Shown one piece after another: positions 12,360-25,849 of a stretch of 64,000 bases of DNA. Numbering within the stretch: the first letter of the stretch is position 1; every line of letters starts with the position of its first letter. Source of the stretch: Lingula anatina. Its lineage: Eukaryota; Animalia; Brachiopoda. Location: contig CM120642.1 of NCBI GenBank assembly GCA_051362555.1, positions 11,346,001 through 11,410,000 on the forward strand. The letters run 5' to 3'. Position numbers and translations under genes: made by a program. Under the pieces are notes generated by a model, which saw only the letters and a list, made by a program, of their open reading frames with translations, did not search any database and had not been told where the DNA came from.

Positions 12360-15300
12360 CTATGATAACTTCGATAATTCATCCATCAGTTCATCTTTAA
12401 ATTCTTCACCATCATCTCCATACTGATTGATATCAAGCTCAGCCAACCTTTCCATGAGATTCTCATCAATGCCAGTTTCAAACTCCTCACCACTGTTTCT
12501 TTCCTCTTTTGCTGTGGGGTTGATCTCACCCCCTGGAATGTCCACAGTTTGGAAGGTAGTTGTGTGATTGGCTCCAGTGGTTCCAGCTGGTGACGACTCC
12601 TGTTCTTCAGGCTGTGGTGACATGTGTGGCACTACTGGTGGTTCTGGATCTGATGTCTGTGACTTGGAAGGAAGTGGAGATGACTCGGCTATTGTATCAT
12701 TTTTCTCCTCTGCAGGTGGTGCCATCTCACCATCTTTCTCTCCTGGTGCTGTGGGCGGTGGTGAAGGTATGGGCGTAGTCTCACGATCGTACGTAAAATG
12801 ACTAGGTGGCATAGCTGAGATTGTCATTTCATCATCAGACATTTCTTCAGGAAGTGGAGTCATGGAAAGAGCATCCTTTCCTGAACTTCCTGACATGTTC
12901 CTCATAATGGTGGTTTTTGGTGATACTGATCCACGATCAACAGCTTCAGGAGACGGTGGGGGTGGAGCGGGAGAGTCCTCCATCATTTTATCTTTGTCAA
13001 CCAAATGTTCTGGCGGCTTCATCATTGAAGACAAACTTGACTTCTCCGATTTGCTGTCAATATTCACATATCGTGAATCTGTGTTTGCACTGGATGAAGG
13101 CTTTGAGCTGGAAGGTGGTGGGGGTGGCGTAGGGGATCCCTCATAGTCCTCCTCATTAACCTGAGGCCAAGGTTCAGGGGATGGTGGAGGTGACTGACCC
13201 TCACTATAATCTGGAGTACCAGTCCTGTGCACACTGGAGATATCAGTCTGTATAGATCTAGCACCTGTCACCATTAACGTGTTCAGGGAACTCTCCCCAT
13301 AGTCCATAGGCAGGTGTGGGATTGTGATGGAAATAGGAGACTTATTTCCCCATTGTCCACCAGGCCTTCTAGATGAAGTCACTGTAGATTGTGTCTTGGC
13401 TGATCCCTCGCGGGAGGCACTTGGCACCTCTGGTGCAAATCTCACACTGCGTTTGCTCATGCGCCCTGCTTTTAGTGAGGCACTGCCTGGAGGAATGGGA
13501 CTCTCTTTGCCCTGTTCTGGGGGCTCTGGTTCATTTGATTTTCCTGTGGAATAAACAAAAAACCAAATTAACAAAGTCTGTGTATGGCAGCTGATCATAG
13601 TGCAGGTAATTGTTTTAGAGATAAGTATGAACCCCTTAAGTCATTTTAGGGTGGGGGGGGGGGGCATCTGCACTTATCTCTGTTTAGAAAATAAAACATT
13701 TATCAAATGAGCCTTAGAAACCTTTATCAAATTAATGAAATGACATCACTGAAAATCCCTACAGCTCTTAAGATCTTGGCTGTGAGAAAGAATGTACAGT
13801 TGTATGAAATTTTTGTATGAAAAAGATTTACACCTAAATTATTCTGTTCTTCATATATATGGCTTAGAAACAACAAAACTTGTGTAAGGTGAAAAAAGTT
13901 CTCTAGACCTACCAGTTCTTTGTCTCTCTGCAGATGCAGTGGCCTTGTCTTGAGCTGCACCCCACTCTGGTTCCTCTGATGATGTTGTAGTGTCTGGTGG
14001 GGTCCCACTCACATGGGCACGTAGTGTCATGCGTGTGGTTGGGGGTGTCTTAGGGTAAGGAGCCGACTGAGGAACCAAACTATTGTAACGTGACAGAAGT
14101 TCTTGTTGCTGGGGAAAGAAAACATAATTTTGAAATATACATATTTTTAATGTTTGTAAACACATGCAATGTACAGTAGATGGATAAATTTAATGCCAGC
14201 ATAAATATAACTTTTTAAATGTCAGCTTTATGTCAGAGACTGAATTTTCATACTATGAGGCATTTTCCACATACCAGTTGCATGGCTGTTGGAGTAACAG
14301 ACTCCTCACGACTAGAGCTGCCCTCTGCCTCCAGGGAGCTGTCCATGACAGAGTCTACACTGGGCATGGTGACGTGGATGGTGCTGCCCTCTGATGGTGG
14401 TGCTCTGGACTCTGCAACACTACTGCTCTCTGAGGGAGGTGGAGTGGGCAGAGGACCTAGATATAACATGTACACAGAAAGCTGTATAAAAATTAATTTT
14501 AAAAGCATTGAACAAGTATAATTAATTGTCAAAAAATAGTTTATCTGTGAAAACCCCATTTCAGTCTTGCCTGCAATATATACTATATGTTTTTGTTGTT
14601 ATTCTTACCAAGTGTGAAGTCAAAGTTTTGCCTGCTGTACATGAAGGGCTTTATGGTTCCCTTAGGAAGCTCTGGTAGACCCAGGGAGATTGATGGAAGC
14701 TTAGTTTTGTGGGTGCGGGTACTCTTAGACCCTAAAAAAAGAAAACAGTTATTTGGTTACTGATCATACTGACTATGGCTGTAAGAATCCTGATGAAAAA
14801 AGACACTATATTTGTACAAATAATACTGAGAAACAAAAAAAATGGTAGAAATTTGATGTAGAAGAAATAATAGTAAAGAAAGGCAAAAAAACTACAGATT
14901 TGAAAGAAAATTTAGGTGGTAATATATTAAAACATATTCTATGTTAAAAAAAACCTTTATTCTTTTCATTGGTTCTGCAGAGAAATATTCCTACCTGTTG
15001 CAGAAGGCAAGGGCTTTCTGATATATTTTGGCGACTCAGCTCTGGCAGACGGAATCTCGCGGACTGACCCAAAATCAGACATTCTAGCAATACGGTCTTC
15101 ATCAGCCTCACTCTCTGGGTTGTTGACAGAGCTCATCTTCTCCAGAACTGCATAGTCATCCAGTAGGTAGACCTGAGGAGAGAAATTTGGGCAGAAATTT
15201 GAATTTAATTCCTTTTTGTCATCTGGTTTCTTTTCGACATAATTTTTAAAAACAGTTTACAGCAGTTTTTCCACAGATTTCATCCATGTGCAAGGCATAG

Positions 15301-18300
15301 TTTGGATTTTATTATAGAAAGAGGGTAACTATATTTTAGGGTCTTTTCACACATAAAACTGATCTAGACCAGACAGCGTCTGAAAACATTTATGATTTTA
15401 TAATGATAAAACTGGAATTCTATCAGATGAGAAAATCATTTATTGTTTTGATGGTCTGTCCACCATCCATTCAATACCTGCTTAGTTGTTAACAAATCTG
15501 GGTTTTTCATGTTCTTCTCCCTGATGTCACGCAGGTTCAACTTCTTCTGCTGTAGTACATCGCTGTTGGCCAGGGTGAGGGACACCTTGTCCTTAGGGAG
15601 GCTAGGGACTAAAGTGAGCAAGAGATCCCTGATCTTCTCCTTGGACAAAAGACTTCTGGAAAATAAAGTGCAAACAAATGAGATGAATGTTAAAAGGAGT
15701 CTGATGAAAAATCATATATCAGTATCAATACCTCATTTCCACGCAGTTCTGTCTCCAAATGCCACGAAACCTCGATTGGTTTTAAACTAAGTCACAAACC
15801 TTTGGGTTATCTCCCTTATCTACGGTAAAGTCTTGAAAATTTCGTCGCTTAAAAATTAATTAATATTTTTAATTGTGTAAATCCGACTAATTTTTCAAAA
15901 TTACCTCTCCCCGACTCCTGGGTATGACGAAATTTTCAAAAATCCGGCCTTTGGGCTTTTCTCCTTAGCGACTGTTATCTTTGACCCTCCTATATTGTGG
16001 GATATTTAAAACTACTTCCTAAGTCGTTTTCTGGTGGTAAATAAAAATATATTTATTACTGCATCTCGATTAAGTTAAATTTAACTTACTGTACCCGAAA
16101 ATGTGTTGAGAATTATCTTCCCGGTAAGAAACATACCTCCTGATAGAGGAGAAGGATCAAGATAAGCTTAATTGCCTCCTTGCATTATAACCTGGCCGCG
16201 ACATATTAAAAAAAATTATGCACTTGGCAACGTTTGTTGCATGCAGGGCTTTTCCCAGGATTGAATGTCAGGCCTTCTAAAAGTACCATCTGTAACTTCC
16301 TAAAAATTTACAGGGAGTTAAAATAATTGCTCCCGCAGACGATCTTCCGCAATTTAAAGCAATAATAACTCTTCCTTTGAGATTCAAAAATCCGCATGAA
16401 ATACATTGTAAAAAACGCATGGAAATATATTCTATTGTATTTTACCACTAAAACGGCCGTTTTTGTAGGAAAACTAAAATCTGTGCTTGTCAATAGGGCT
16501 TACGATGCCTTTTTTCCGGTCGACAAGTGCATTCGTTGCTAATGACGTAATGGTGTCACGCGGATTCTCGCGTTCATTCGAGACCAAAATAACATGGCGC
16601 CAAACGCATTGGTGCAGACGCAGACGTAAGTTGCGAGTTTTTGTACAGTGCGTCGGATAACGAAAAGCCCAGAATGGCACACATTGCGGATATAAATGCA
16701 TTTTTAACAAAAAGACGAATATATCTCATGAATCTTATATAGTGTTGTTGTTGTCTGCTTTTCCCGCGGTTTTAAGTAGGTCACCAGTGACTTTGCAATG
16801 TCAGAGAGAGCTCCGTCAGTTAAAATCTCTTAAGAGATTTTAACAAAAAACCGTACGTTTAGGAAAAAAACCCTGGATTAACTTTGAATGCAGGAATGGG
16901 GTCGTTGGCCATTGGTAAGTACGGGAAAATTGCCGTTTTTTCCAGGAAAATCCAATTTTTGGCCAAAACGAAGAGTTATTATGACTTTAAGTTTCTTGAA
17001 CTTATATGAAAACTGAACGATCTCCCGATGATGATATGAAAATTGCCTTTTCGTCTCGCTCGGATCGCGAACGATCTCCCTCTGACGATCTTACGCGAAC
17101 AAAGTCCTGGCGATATATTTACGCAAACGATTCTTCGCCGAAGATACATGTATGCCGTGAGCGGGGAAGGGGGGGGGTGAAAGATGAAATTAAAAATATA
17201 TATTATTTATAATATTCAAAGGGGAGGGGGGGGGTAAAATAATGATCTCCCGCTGACGATCGTTTGCAAACTAAGTTCCTTGAACTAATATGAAAACTGC
17301 ATTTTATTATTGCTTACATCGCGAACAATCTCCCGACGATGATATGAAAATTGCCTTTACGTCAAGCTAGGATCGCGAACGATCTCCCTCTGATATGATC
17401 TTACGCGAACAAAGTCCTGAGGATATTACGCGAACGATTCTCCGCCGAATATATACCGTGAGCGGGGGAGGGGGGGGGGGCTGTTTAAAGATAAAATGAA
17501 AAAGATATTTTTTAAATCCAAAGTGTGTGTGTCTGGGGTCTGGGGGGGGGGGGGGGGGGAGAGTGAAATAATGATCTCTCGCTGACGATCTTCCGTTAAC
17601 GAAGTTCCCTAAATCCCTTGAACTAATATAAAAATTGCATTTCATTCTTGCTTACATCGCAAACGATCCCGTGATGATTATCTTACGCGAACGATTCTCC
17701 GCCGAAGATATGCCATGAGCGGGGAAGGGGGGGGGTTTAAGATAAAATGAAAATATATATATTATTTATTAAATTCAAAGGGGGGGGGGGGGTTAGAATA
17801 GTGATCTCCCGCTGACGATCTTTTGCAAACTAAGTTCCTTGCACTAATTTGAAAATTGCATTTCATTCTTGCTTACATCGCGAACGATCTCCCGATGATG
17901 ACATGAAAATTGCCTTTTCGTCTCGCTCGGATCGCAAACGATCTCCCGCTGATGATCTTACGCGAACGGAGTCTGCTATAAATATGAAAATTTTCTTCTT
18001 GTCTCGTTTGGATCGCGAACGATCTGTTGACAATATTACGCGAAAGATTCTCTGCTGAAGCTATGAAAATTGCCATCTCGTCCCATTCGCATTGCGAACG
18101 ATCTCCATGGATGAGCCAGGTAATTGTTAAATGGTCCTAAATTGAACATGGACATGAATAGAAGTGACGGGTACATTTCCCTTCGAGATAATATCTTGAT
18201 CTTTCATTGTGTCTTCCTCATTTAGGACAGCCGCCGATAACAATAACGGCGTTACAAATGACAAAGCCGCGGCCTGTGACTTTTATTTGCCGGCTTGATA

Positions 18301-21300
18301 ACGCACCTTGAGCCAGGTAATAGTAATGAAACTATTTAGACAAAAGGCCGATGTTCCCGCAATTAAGAACGGGGATTCACATCTTAACCACTTATATTGT
18401 GAGTAACCGCTCGCAGGGGCGCACTATTGTTCCTATCTCCCATTGAGAGTGTTATCGGCAATGATATCCTGATCGTATCATTGTCTTGAATCAACTGACG
18501 CATTACCTTCATGTTTGAGCTGGACAACGCGGCCATATTTGGTGACGAACTTTTCAAAAATTATTGAGTACCTCATTTTCAAGGTCGACGAAGTTTTCAA
18601 GGGGAAAAAAATTACCTCGGCGGAAAATCGTCTGCCGACGAAATTTTCAAGAACGACGAAATTTTCAAGACTTTACCGTAGATTAGTAAGGAAGTGGAGA
18701 AAGGCAGTTGCTTAATATTTTCTTTGGCTACCAGTAGTTATGCAAAGTTAGTGAACATATTCCTAAAAGTTTCTACTATATTTCCACACTTCATAGGAAA
18801 AAGGATGCTTATCATAAGAAGGGTGTTTTTATACTACGAGTTTTCTTTTACTACAAGCCGACTTTACTCACAAGCACTCTAAATGATCCTCCTCCTTTAA
18901 CTACAACAAACTCAAAAATATTTTTGATTTCATAATAATGTATAGTTCACACAGCTTACTTTGTGTCTTCATTATCCTCCAAGATTTTCTCAAGCACTTT
19001 TGTTGGAAGGTGCAGTAACTCTAACAACCTGTAATAAAAAAGAAGGGAGTTAACTACATGTACATCATCCCTTCCACAGAGTTAATTACATCCTCCTATT
19101 CACACACACACACAAACACACACACACACACACACACACACAAACCAAGCACGTGTACATTTGCAAACTCCTGCATGCAAACACACATTCACACACAACT
19201 GTTAAATGACATTTGTAAAATAACGGCATGTTACTGATGATATACTGGCATATAGTATGTTAACTTACATTTCCATATCTCCTTTCTTTTTCATCCCTGA
19301 CATCAGGTGCTGTTTATATGGCTGACCTCCAGTTGGTGACTTAGTGCTTCGAGGGGACATCTGCACTTTTCTCTGTTAAGAAAATAAAATAGTTATAAAA
19401 TTAGTCTAAGAAAATTCTTGTTAAATGAACAGATAAAATGTAACAGTAAATCATTGAAAATCTCTTTGAGCTTTAAAGATCTCAACTATAAGAAAGAATG
19501 TGCAGCAATATGAACATATTGTACAAAAAGATCAGATATTTTACTATTAATGTAATTATGTAATCATATAATGAATCTGTCCATTTTTATAAAGCTGATA
19601 CCATTTTAACAAAATATTCATTGGTAACATTTACAAGCATTTGAAAAAAGTATGTAAGAACAAGTTACACAGAAGTGAGTTCATGTACCATTGAGATATA
19701 GAATCTCTGTAACTTTGAAAAAACATAAAAATGTGAATATTAAATAAATGAGCAGAAAAATTAAAGGAAAGAGAGTAAGAAATAAAATTTTACTAAAACC
19801 TAGTTTAAAAAATCTCAAAACCATTTGTGCTAAATACCCAGGAAAAAGGCTTATAAACATAAGGCAACATTTTCTCAAGTAAAATTAGAAAAACAATATA
19901 AGCTTTAACAGATGAGCTCAGAGAAAAAAATATTTATGAAATAAATAGCTTGCTAACAACTAAAAGTTGCTAACTGGAGCTTTCAAGTTTAAACACAAAC
20001 TAAAGGTGCTACAAGATATCTATTCATTTTCTAACTGAAAAATCAATACAAAATAAGCTGGAACAAATCAGATAAGATTTGATAAAAAGAGCACATAGAT
20101 AAGGGTTCTAAATGGGTTAATAAAATTATCATCTAGCTAAAAACTTCCTAGACTAAAATAAAGATGCTACAGCGAATGCTATTTTAAATGTCATCCACAC
20201 AAATATACCTTCAAAACTGGCCAAAACTCTGCCAACTGTTTATCAATAAAACAAACAACATATTGTGTTAGTTAATCTGACATTCCTGTTAAATAATTGC
20301 ATTTCAAACTGGACAGTGCATACAAAAATATACACAAACTTAGAGAATTTACATGAAATCACATAAACATACTAACCAACACATGCTGTTGATATTAAGC
20401 ACTGATCAATTGATAAATGACGATTAATTCTAACAAACTATTCAATAGTAACAAATTCTCACAATTCACAATGACAAATAATTATGTATAACTCTCCGCA
20501 CCTTGGATTTTCTATAACAGAAATTTCACAAACAAGTAAAAAGTGTTATAATCTTTCTTATCAACAGAGCATGCATTTAAACACAGCAGACAAACAATCA
20601 TTACAAAACTACAAAAATACATGCCACAGTTGTTATAATGAAAACTAATACATACTGCTGCCTCGGCCTCTCGTAAAAGTTCAATCTCTCTAGGCAACAG
20701 GTCTTCAGTAACATCTCTGGCAGACAGGGGCACTGGACCTTTATTCAGATCCTTTATCTGAACTCTGGAATGACAGGGGCACAATAAGATATACATGACG
20801 TATGTATGTAGAAATTTTTAAAAAACTGTCATAGCTTTTTATCACTAATCTCAACTGACTGGAAAAAATTAAATTCATGTGAATATATTATAAGTTATAA
20901 AAAGTTGGGTTGTCAAGGTGACAACTTACTCTTCCTTTGGATCCAGAGGCTTTTTCTTTGTCTCCTTTTTACTGCTGGGGTTGGGTACCCACACATAATA
21001 CTGTCTCGGTAAAAAGGTCTCTTGCCACTCCGCCGACAGGTCAGTGGGTTCAAACATCTCCTGAACCTCAACATGATTGACTCTAGGGGGCAGCACACGT
21101 CTGCTTGGTGACCTCTGGCTGCTGGCTGGTGTTGCTTGCGGAACTTTAGTCTGTGGAAAACTGGGTTACAGAAGAAAAGTTGAAGCTTATTAGTATAAGT
21201 TGTAAAATGATTAATAACAAAATTGCACATACCAAAACCAGATGCTTTTTGTTGATGATACAGAAAATGCTGCATATGTTTGAAATACAAATTGACATGA

Positions 21301-23891
21301 CCCAAGACTACACATGTATATACAAAAAATTTTTATCTACCACTTAGAGGCATACTATACACTTTCATATAATAATAGCACTTTTTTTTTTCTGGAACTT
21401 TCAATAATTTTTCACCTCAATACATATATCACTCATCAAAAACTATTGAGAAAAATATGATCCATAAACCAGTTTCTGCTTTTACTGTAACAGTTACAAC
21501 CGAAATTCACCAGTCTTCATATCCACTAAGTGACTCTGTGAGTGACTGAAAAACTGTCAACTTAGAGCTCAAAATCAACTTACAGACTGTATTTGTGTTG
21601 ACAGTTTTGTCAACAATGCACCTTTATTGTACAAGATGATCAAGTAAAAAAAAATTTTTAGATACATAAAGGTATATTATTAATTTCAATTTATGCCTTT
21701 AAACAATTAATATCTTAAGAAATTTATTTTCAAGAACATTGATTATAGGTTTCTATGTTGCGCTACAAATACTCATGTCAACCTACACGAAGAAACCAGC
21801 CATTACCTTTTTTCTCTATTCATGAGTGAAGGCAGCATTGTAGATCGGCTCTGTGGTTCCTTGACTTGCCAAGAGAAAGGAAACTTCTCTGCAGAATCAT
21901 CCCCATACTCATCTAGGATGTTACGCACCTTCAATGTGGGGAGACCTAAAAAGACAACAGAATTTGATGTAGAAGAAATCATTGTGTTAATTGCCACACC
22001 TTCATGTCAAACCTGAATCATACACTTAAAATGTTCAAAAATAATAACATGATAAAGTTCAGTATTGTTATTCTGTGTGTTTGAGTGTGCATTTGCACAA
22101 GTGTGCATGTACATTTACATACATGAAAGTATGTCAAACATGCAACTGTGCAATCCTTTATCCTTCTCAAGTAAAACAAATAAATAAATAAACCTAGTGA
22201 AATATCAAGTCCTTACGAATCTTTTTTGTTACCCAGGGCATTCCAATCTCTTCTTGTCAACTCAATGTGATGACATCTGTGTAAAGCTTCACTACGGTAC
22301 TTTCAATACTATAGCCTACTCTCTATCTCTATGGTCACTAACATAAACACGATGTTTCATTCCTATTTATATATATATATATATGTGTGTGTACAATCCA
22401 AAAGGAATACTGTGCTGAGGTAAGCAGATTATCAAGTTCATAAATTGGCTCCTTAGCAAAGCTTCATCGACGTCAACCACATTAATGAGAATTTCAGAAA
22501 GATCATTAATTCTTGCACAGCCTCGTTTGAGAACATTTGCTTTAACCATTTGCCAAGGATAATTGTCACTTGGATGAGTCAAGTACAATGAAGTACATGA
22601 GAAAAAACATCGATTATGTAACTTTTGGCATTGGTCTTGTTCGGTGAAAAACAGCTTTATTACTACCTTTCATCAAAAAAACATGCCGTGTGCGTCAATA
22701 CTTATATGTCTAATTTGTTTCCACGTCAATCAAGTTCAGATACATATAAATATAAGCTTCACTGAATAAGCTTCATTGAAGGATCAATTTCACCCATGTA
22801 CATTTCTGAAAATTGTATTTTCCAGGAAATAATGAAATCAATATCATTGACTGAGATTAGATGTATTTGCTGAGTCACAAAAAAAGATAGAAAGAAAAAA
22901 TCTTAATTTCTAAGAACCTGATTTTTTGCACTGAAAATGGCAAATTCTACCATTTACTTAAATTAAGGAATCGCACTGATAATTTATTCTTTTATCCAAA
23001 TATCTTCAAGAGTTGGGTGTGTGTGTATTGTGCAAAGGTAAAATTTGTTTATCAAACCAAACTATGTTAAAAAAAATAATTGAAGGTACATACAAAAAAT
23101 GCAGCAAAAATGCATGCACAGTAGCTAAACTGTGTGTTTTAATAAGTAAACTGGCTTCATAAACAATAATTGCAGTTTGCAACTTCAAGTTGCAGGTTTA
23201 TAACTGCAAGCACTGGATTAATGACCTAAAAAGTATTTCCATGGTCTGATCATAAAGACATACTTGCCAGCACCACAATTAAAAAATTGGCTAGTTTAAT
23301 ACAGGTCTCTCACGGTTAACAAATGGGTTCTTTTTTCTTGACTGCAAAGTATTGATACGAGAGTAATGCTCTCTCAATAATCTCCAGCACATGCAGAATG
23401 TGCTGAATGGGACATTGAAGGGACTTGCAGTTTGTAGTTTATATTGCAGAGCTCACAAAACTATTTATTTGGCTCAGAAAAGTATTCATTTGATGGTATT
23501 TTGACATTGTGTTTCTAATTCTTGAATTCAGTGATTGCAATGAAAAATCTGGTAAACATCTAGCCTGTAAAAAGATAGTTATCTCAGTGCCACCAGATTT
23601 TATTTCTAAGCTAGCAGTAAGAGAAGGAGACCAAAGAGATTGTAAGTCATCATGGGCCTCACCTCCTTCCTCTTCCTCCTTCTCCTCCTCTCCACTGTCT
23701 GACTTGGCTTTCCTCTTCTCTGCAGCCCTGGGGAGTCCACGCTCCAGCCTCCGCTGCGAGGCCCAACACATAGGATGCTGGCACAGAGGACCACAGGAAG
23801 TCTCATCCAGGCTGTGGAAGGGGGTGGATGGGGCACTGTGGAAGGGGCTCACACCCACAGGGGCACTGTTCAGCCTTAGTTTAACTGGCAT
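12360..23891 (-). CDS. C9orf43/DUF4647-like protein, 973 aa, 12 coding exons, with a long Pro/Ser/Glu-rich low-complexity C-terminus
   Basis: Exons 23891-23663, 21945-21807, 21160-20930, 20764-20656, 19372-19269, 19028-18960, 15655-15478, 15172-14995, 14731-14609, 14456-14275, 14108-13913, 13543-12360 (2922 nt, phases consistent). The N-terminal DETSCGPLCQHPMCWASQRRLERGLPR...LPTLKVRNILD resembles recalled human C9orf43 ([28 protein letters not shown]...LPVLTVVDILD). Likely non-coding first exon ends at 25465. Confidence 0.8.
15821..18680. mobile_element. ~2.86-kb non-autonomous TIR DNA transposon in a C9orf43-like intron
   Basis: TACGGTAAAGTCTTGAAAATTTCGTCG (15821-15847) is the exact reverse complement of 18654-18680, with a probable TA target duplication. 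Subterminal GACGAA.TTTTCAA copies lie near both ends, the interior is CpG-rich with nested repeats, and no transposase-sized ORF is present. Confidence 0.85.
17000..18110. repeat. Nested tandem repeat array inside the TIR element
   Basis: The sub-unit TGAAAATTGCCTTTTCGTCTCGCTCGGATCGCGAACGATCTCCC recurs within larger ~220-340-bp blocks punctuated by poly-G runs. Confidence 0.8.
19100..19143. repeat. (CA)n microsatellite
   Basis: Directly visible. Confidence 0.9.
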
Positions 23892-25464
23892 TGTTAGACT
23901 GTGGACACTGCCTTGTGCTTACATTAGGCTACTGTAAAATAAATTGTGTTTGATTCATTAGAATGGGGCATTTTGTTATGGTAATGAAAGAGCACTTGCC
24001 CTTACTGTTGAAAAACAATGCACTTGGTTCCAGTAGGTTACATTTTAATATTACATGTATGTGCTAAGAACTCATATTTCTTACCAGGTTACAAGAAAAC
24101 TGATTGTTTATGCTACGATACTGCAAGGTTCTTCTAACAACAGCTAAAAATCAGAGTTATTACCACTACCAATATTTCAAGCCCTGACTATGAAAAGACA
24201 CTTTTATCAAGAAACGAGGCTACAGGTGTTATTACTTATAATAGCCTCTACTGTATGTACCATTAATTAGCCCCCTCCCTCATATAGCCTCTACATAGTT
24301 AGCCCTCCCTCTCTACTCCCCCTATGTTACATCCACAGAAAAGACAGAAAGAGATCAGAGACAGTGGTTTAATTTCATATCCTTTTCAGACCTGCTCTTT
24401 AGATTTTTATATACACAGCCTCCAGAAATTCCCAGTATTGTTTTCTGGTTTTAGTATCCATTATTTTTTCAATGATAGGTTTGATAAATATCTCATGTAT
24501 TGTTGTTCCCTAGACAGCAGCTATTATCAACCAGTATAACACCCAAATTCCCTGACGCCTAACTCCCTGACAAAGGTTTGAGACACTGCAATACTGGAGT
24601 ATTAATAACGTATTTTTAGCTGTTGTTGGAATAAAATATCATGACCATATATAAATTTGAATGACATTGATGAAATACTTTACTAAAGGCTGCAGTTTTT
24701 GATCCAGTTCAAAGGGAAATATCAAACAGAATGATTTCCACATATAAAATTTTTTTAAGGAACAGGAGCAAAATATTTATATTTGTTGATCATAATAGAG
24801 AGGTCTTTGACACAGTCACACTGATACTAGTAACTATTTTTGGTCACAAATGACATCATCTCTTCATACTAGTAATTAATGCCAAGGATTCAGTGAACTA
24901 CATGTACAGTAGTCCAGCACTGATGATGTGACACTGTACGGTCCTATCATGTTGCAGGACTTACAGACGTCATATTCAAAATATTTACATGTCATTACCA
25001 GTACGAAATTGTAATTAAGGAAATGGAATTCTCTCAATTTGAGACCCCACACAGCAGGTTATACTGACAAGATATATATGTGATGAACCTTTGTCAAGAT
25101 CACCAGATGATCTGTGATTACAACTACCTGTAACTGTTAAAATATCAAAAAGAACAGTTCTTGTATTTTTAATTTTTTTTCGCTTCAAAAAATATTTTCC
25201 GCAGAAAATAATTTATATACTGTATTTTAGCTGACACTATAACTTTTTTAATTGTAGTGTATGCTATCCAAAAATAAAAAAAAATTATAATTATTAGTTT
25301 AAAACTTTTAACTATTTTGAACATTCCCAGTCATTATGATACTCCAGTTGGTGGGCTGTGGCTCACCACAAGCAGAGAGAAATAAAAGAGAGAGAAACAT
25401 GCACTGATTTACAACGTTGCTTTTCCAAATATTCATTCTCAATATAAAAGCTTTTAGTTCTTAC

Positions 25465-25849
25465 CTTCATTTCCATACTTTAATTATCTTCATCGTTGAT
25501 ATTTATCTTCAGTTCTGATTTACCTTAGCGGCAATTTATTCCTGCGAAATGTAATTAATTATGAACTTCACCTCGCTTGTCACATGCACACCGTTGTAAA
25601 CAATCCTCCATATTTTTATGACGTCACATGGTAACTTGTTCTACGGAGATCATGTTTTGCTAGTTGTTACAGTTTCAAAAAACACTTATTTAAGCTTTTG
25701 TAACCAATAAATATTTTATATGATTATATTTTGTATAATTTTGATGCAAAATAATTTGAAATTATACTTACGAAAAAAAAACTAATTAAAGCATATTTCA
25801 AATGCGGATCACTTCATCCAGCGAAACCACGTGATATTACTCATCCAAG
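25465..25849. promoter_or_regulatory. Bidirectional promoter C9orf43-like/endophilin-B
   Basis: Divergent first exons lie under 400 bp apart. TGACGTCA 25619-25626 overlaps an X-box-like GTCACATGGTAAC 25623-25635; CACGTG at 25828-25833. Confidence 0.6.

Noticed and set aside
12560-13594. Several + strand ORFs overlapping the large last exon of the C9orf43-like gene
   Set aside because: Antisense shadows of a GC-richer coding exon, with no independent splice or homology support.
17006-18076. Repetitive ORFs (MKIAFSSRSDRERSP...) or a CRISPR-like array
   Set aside because: Translations of a tandem repeat inside a transposon. No unique spacers, no cas genes, and the context is eukaryotic.
20913-21305. 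130-aa ORF (RLKFRKQHQPAARG...) as the true exon frame
   Set aside because: Phase continuity with the next exon supports the other frame (FPQTKVPQATP...YYVWVPNP), using the 21160 acceptor.
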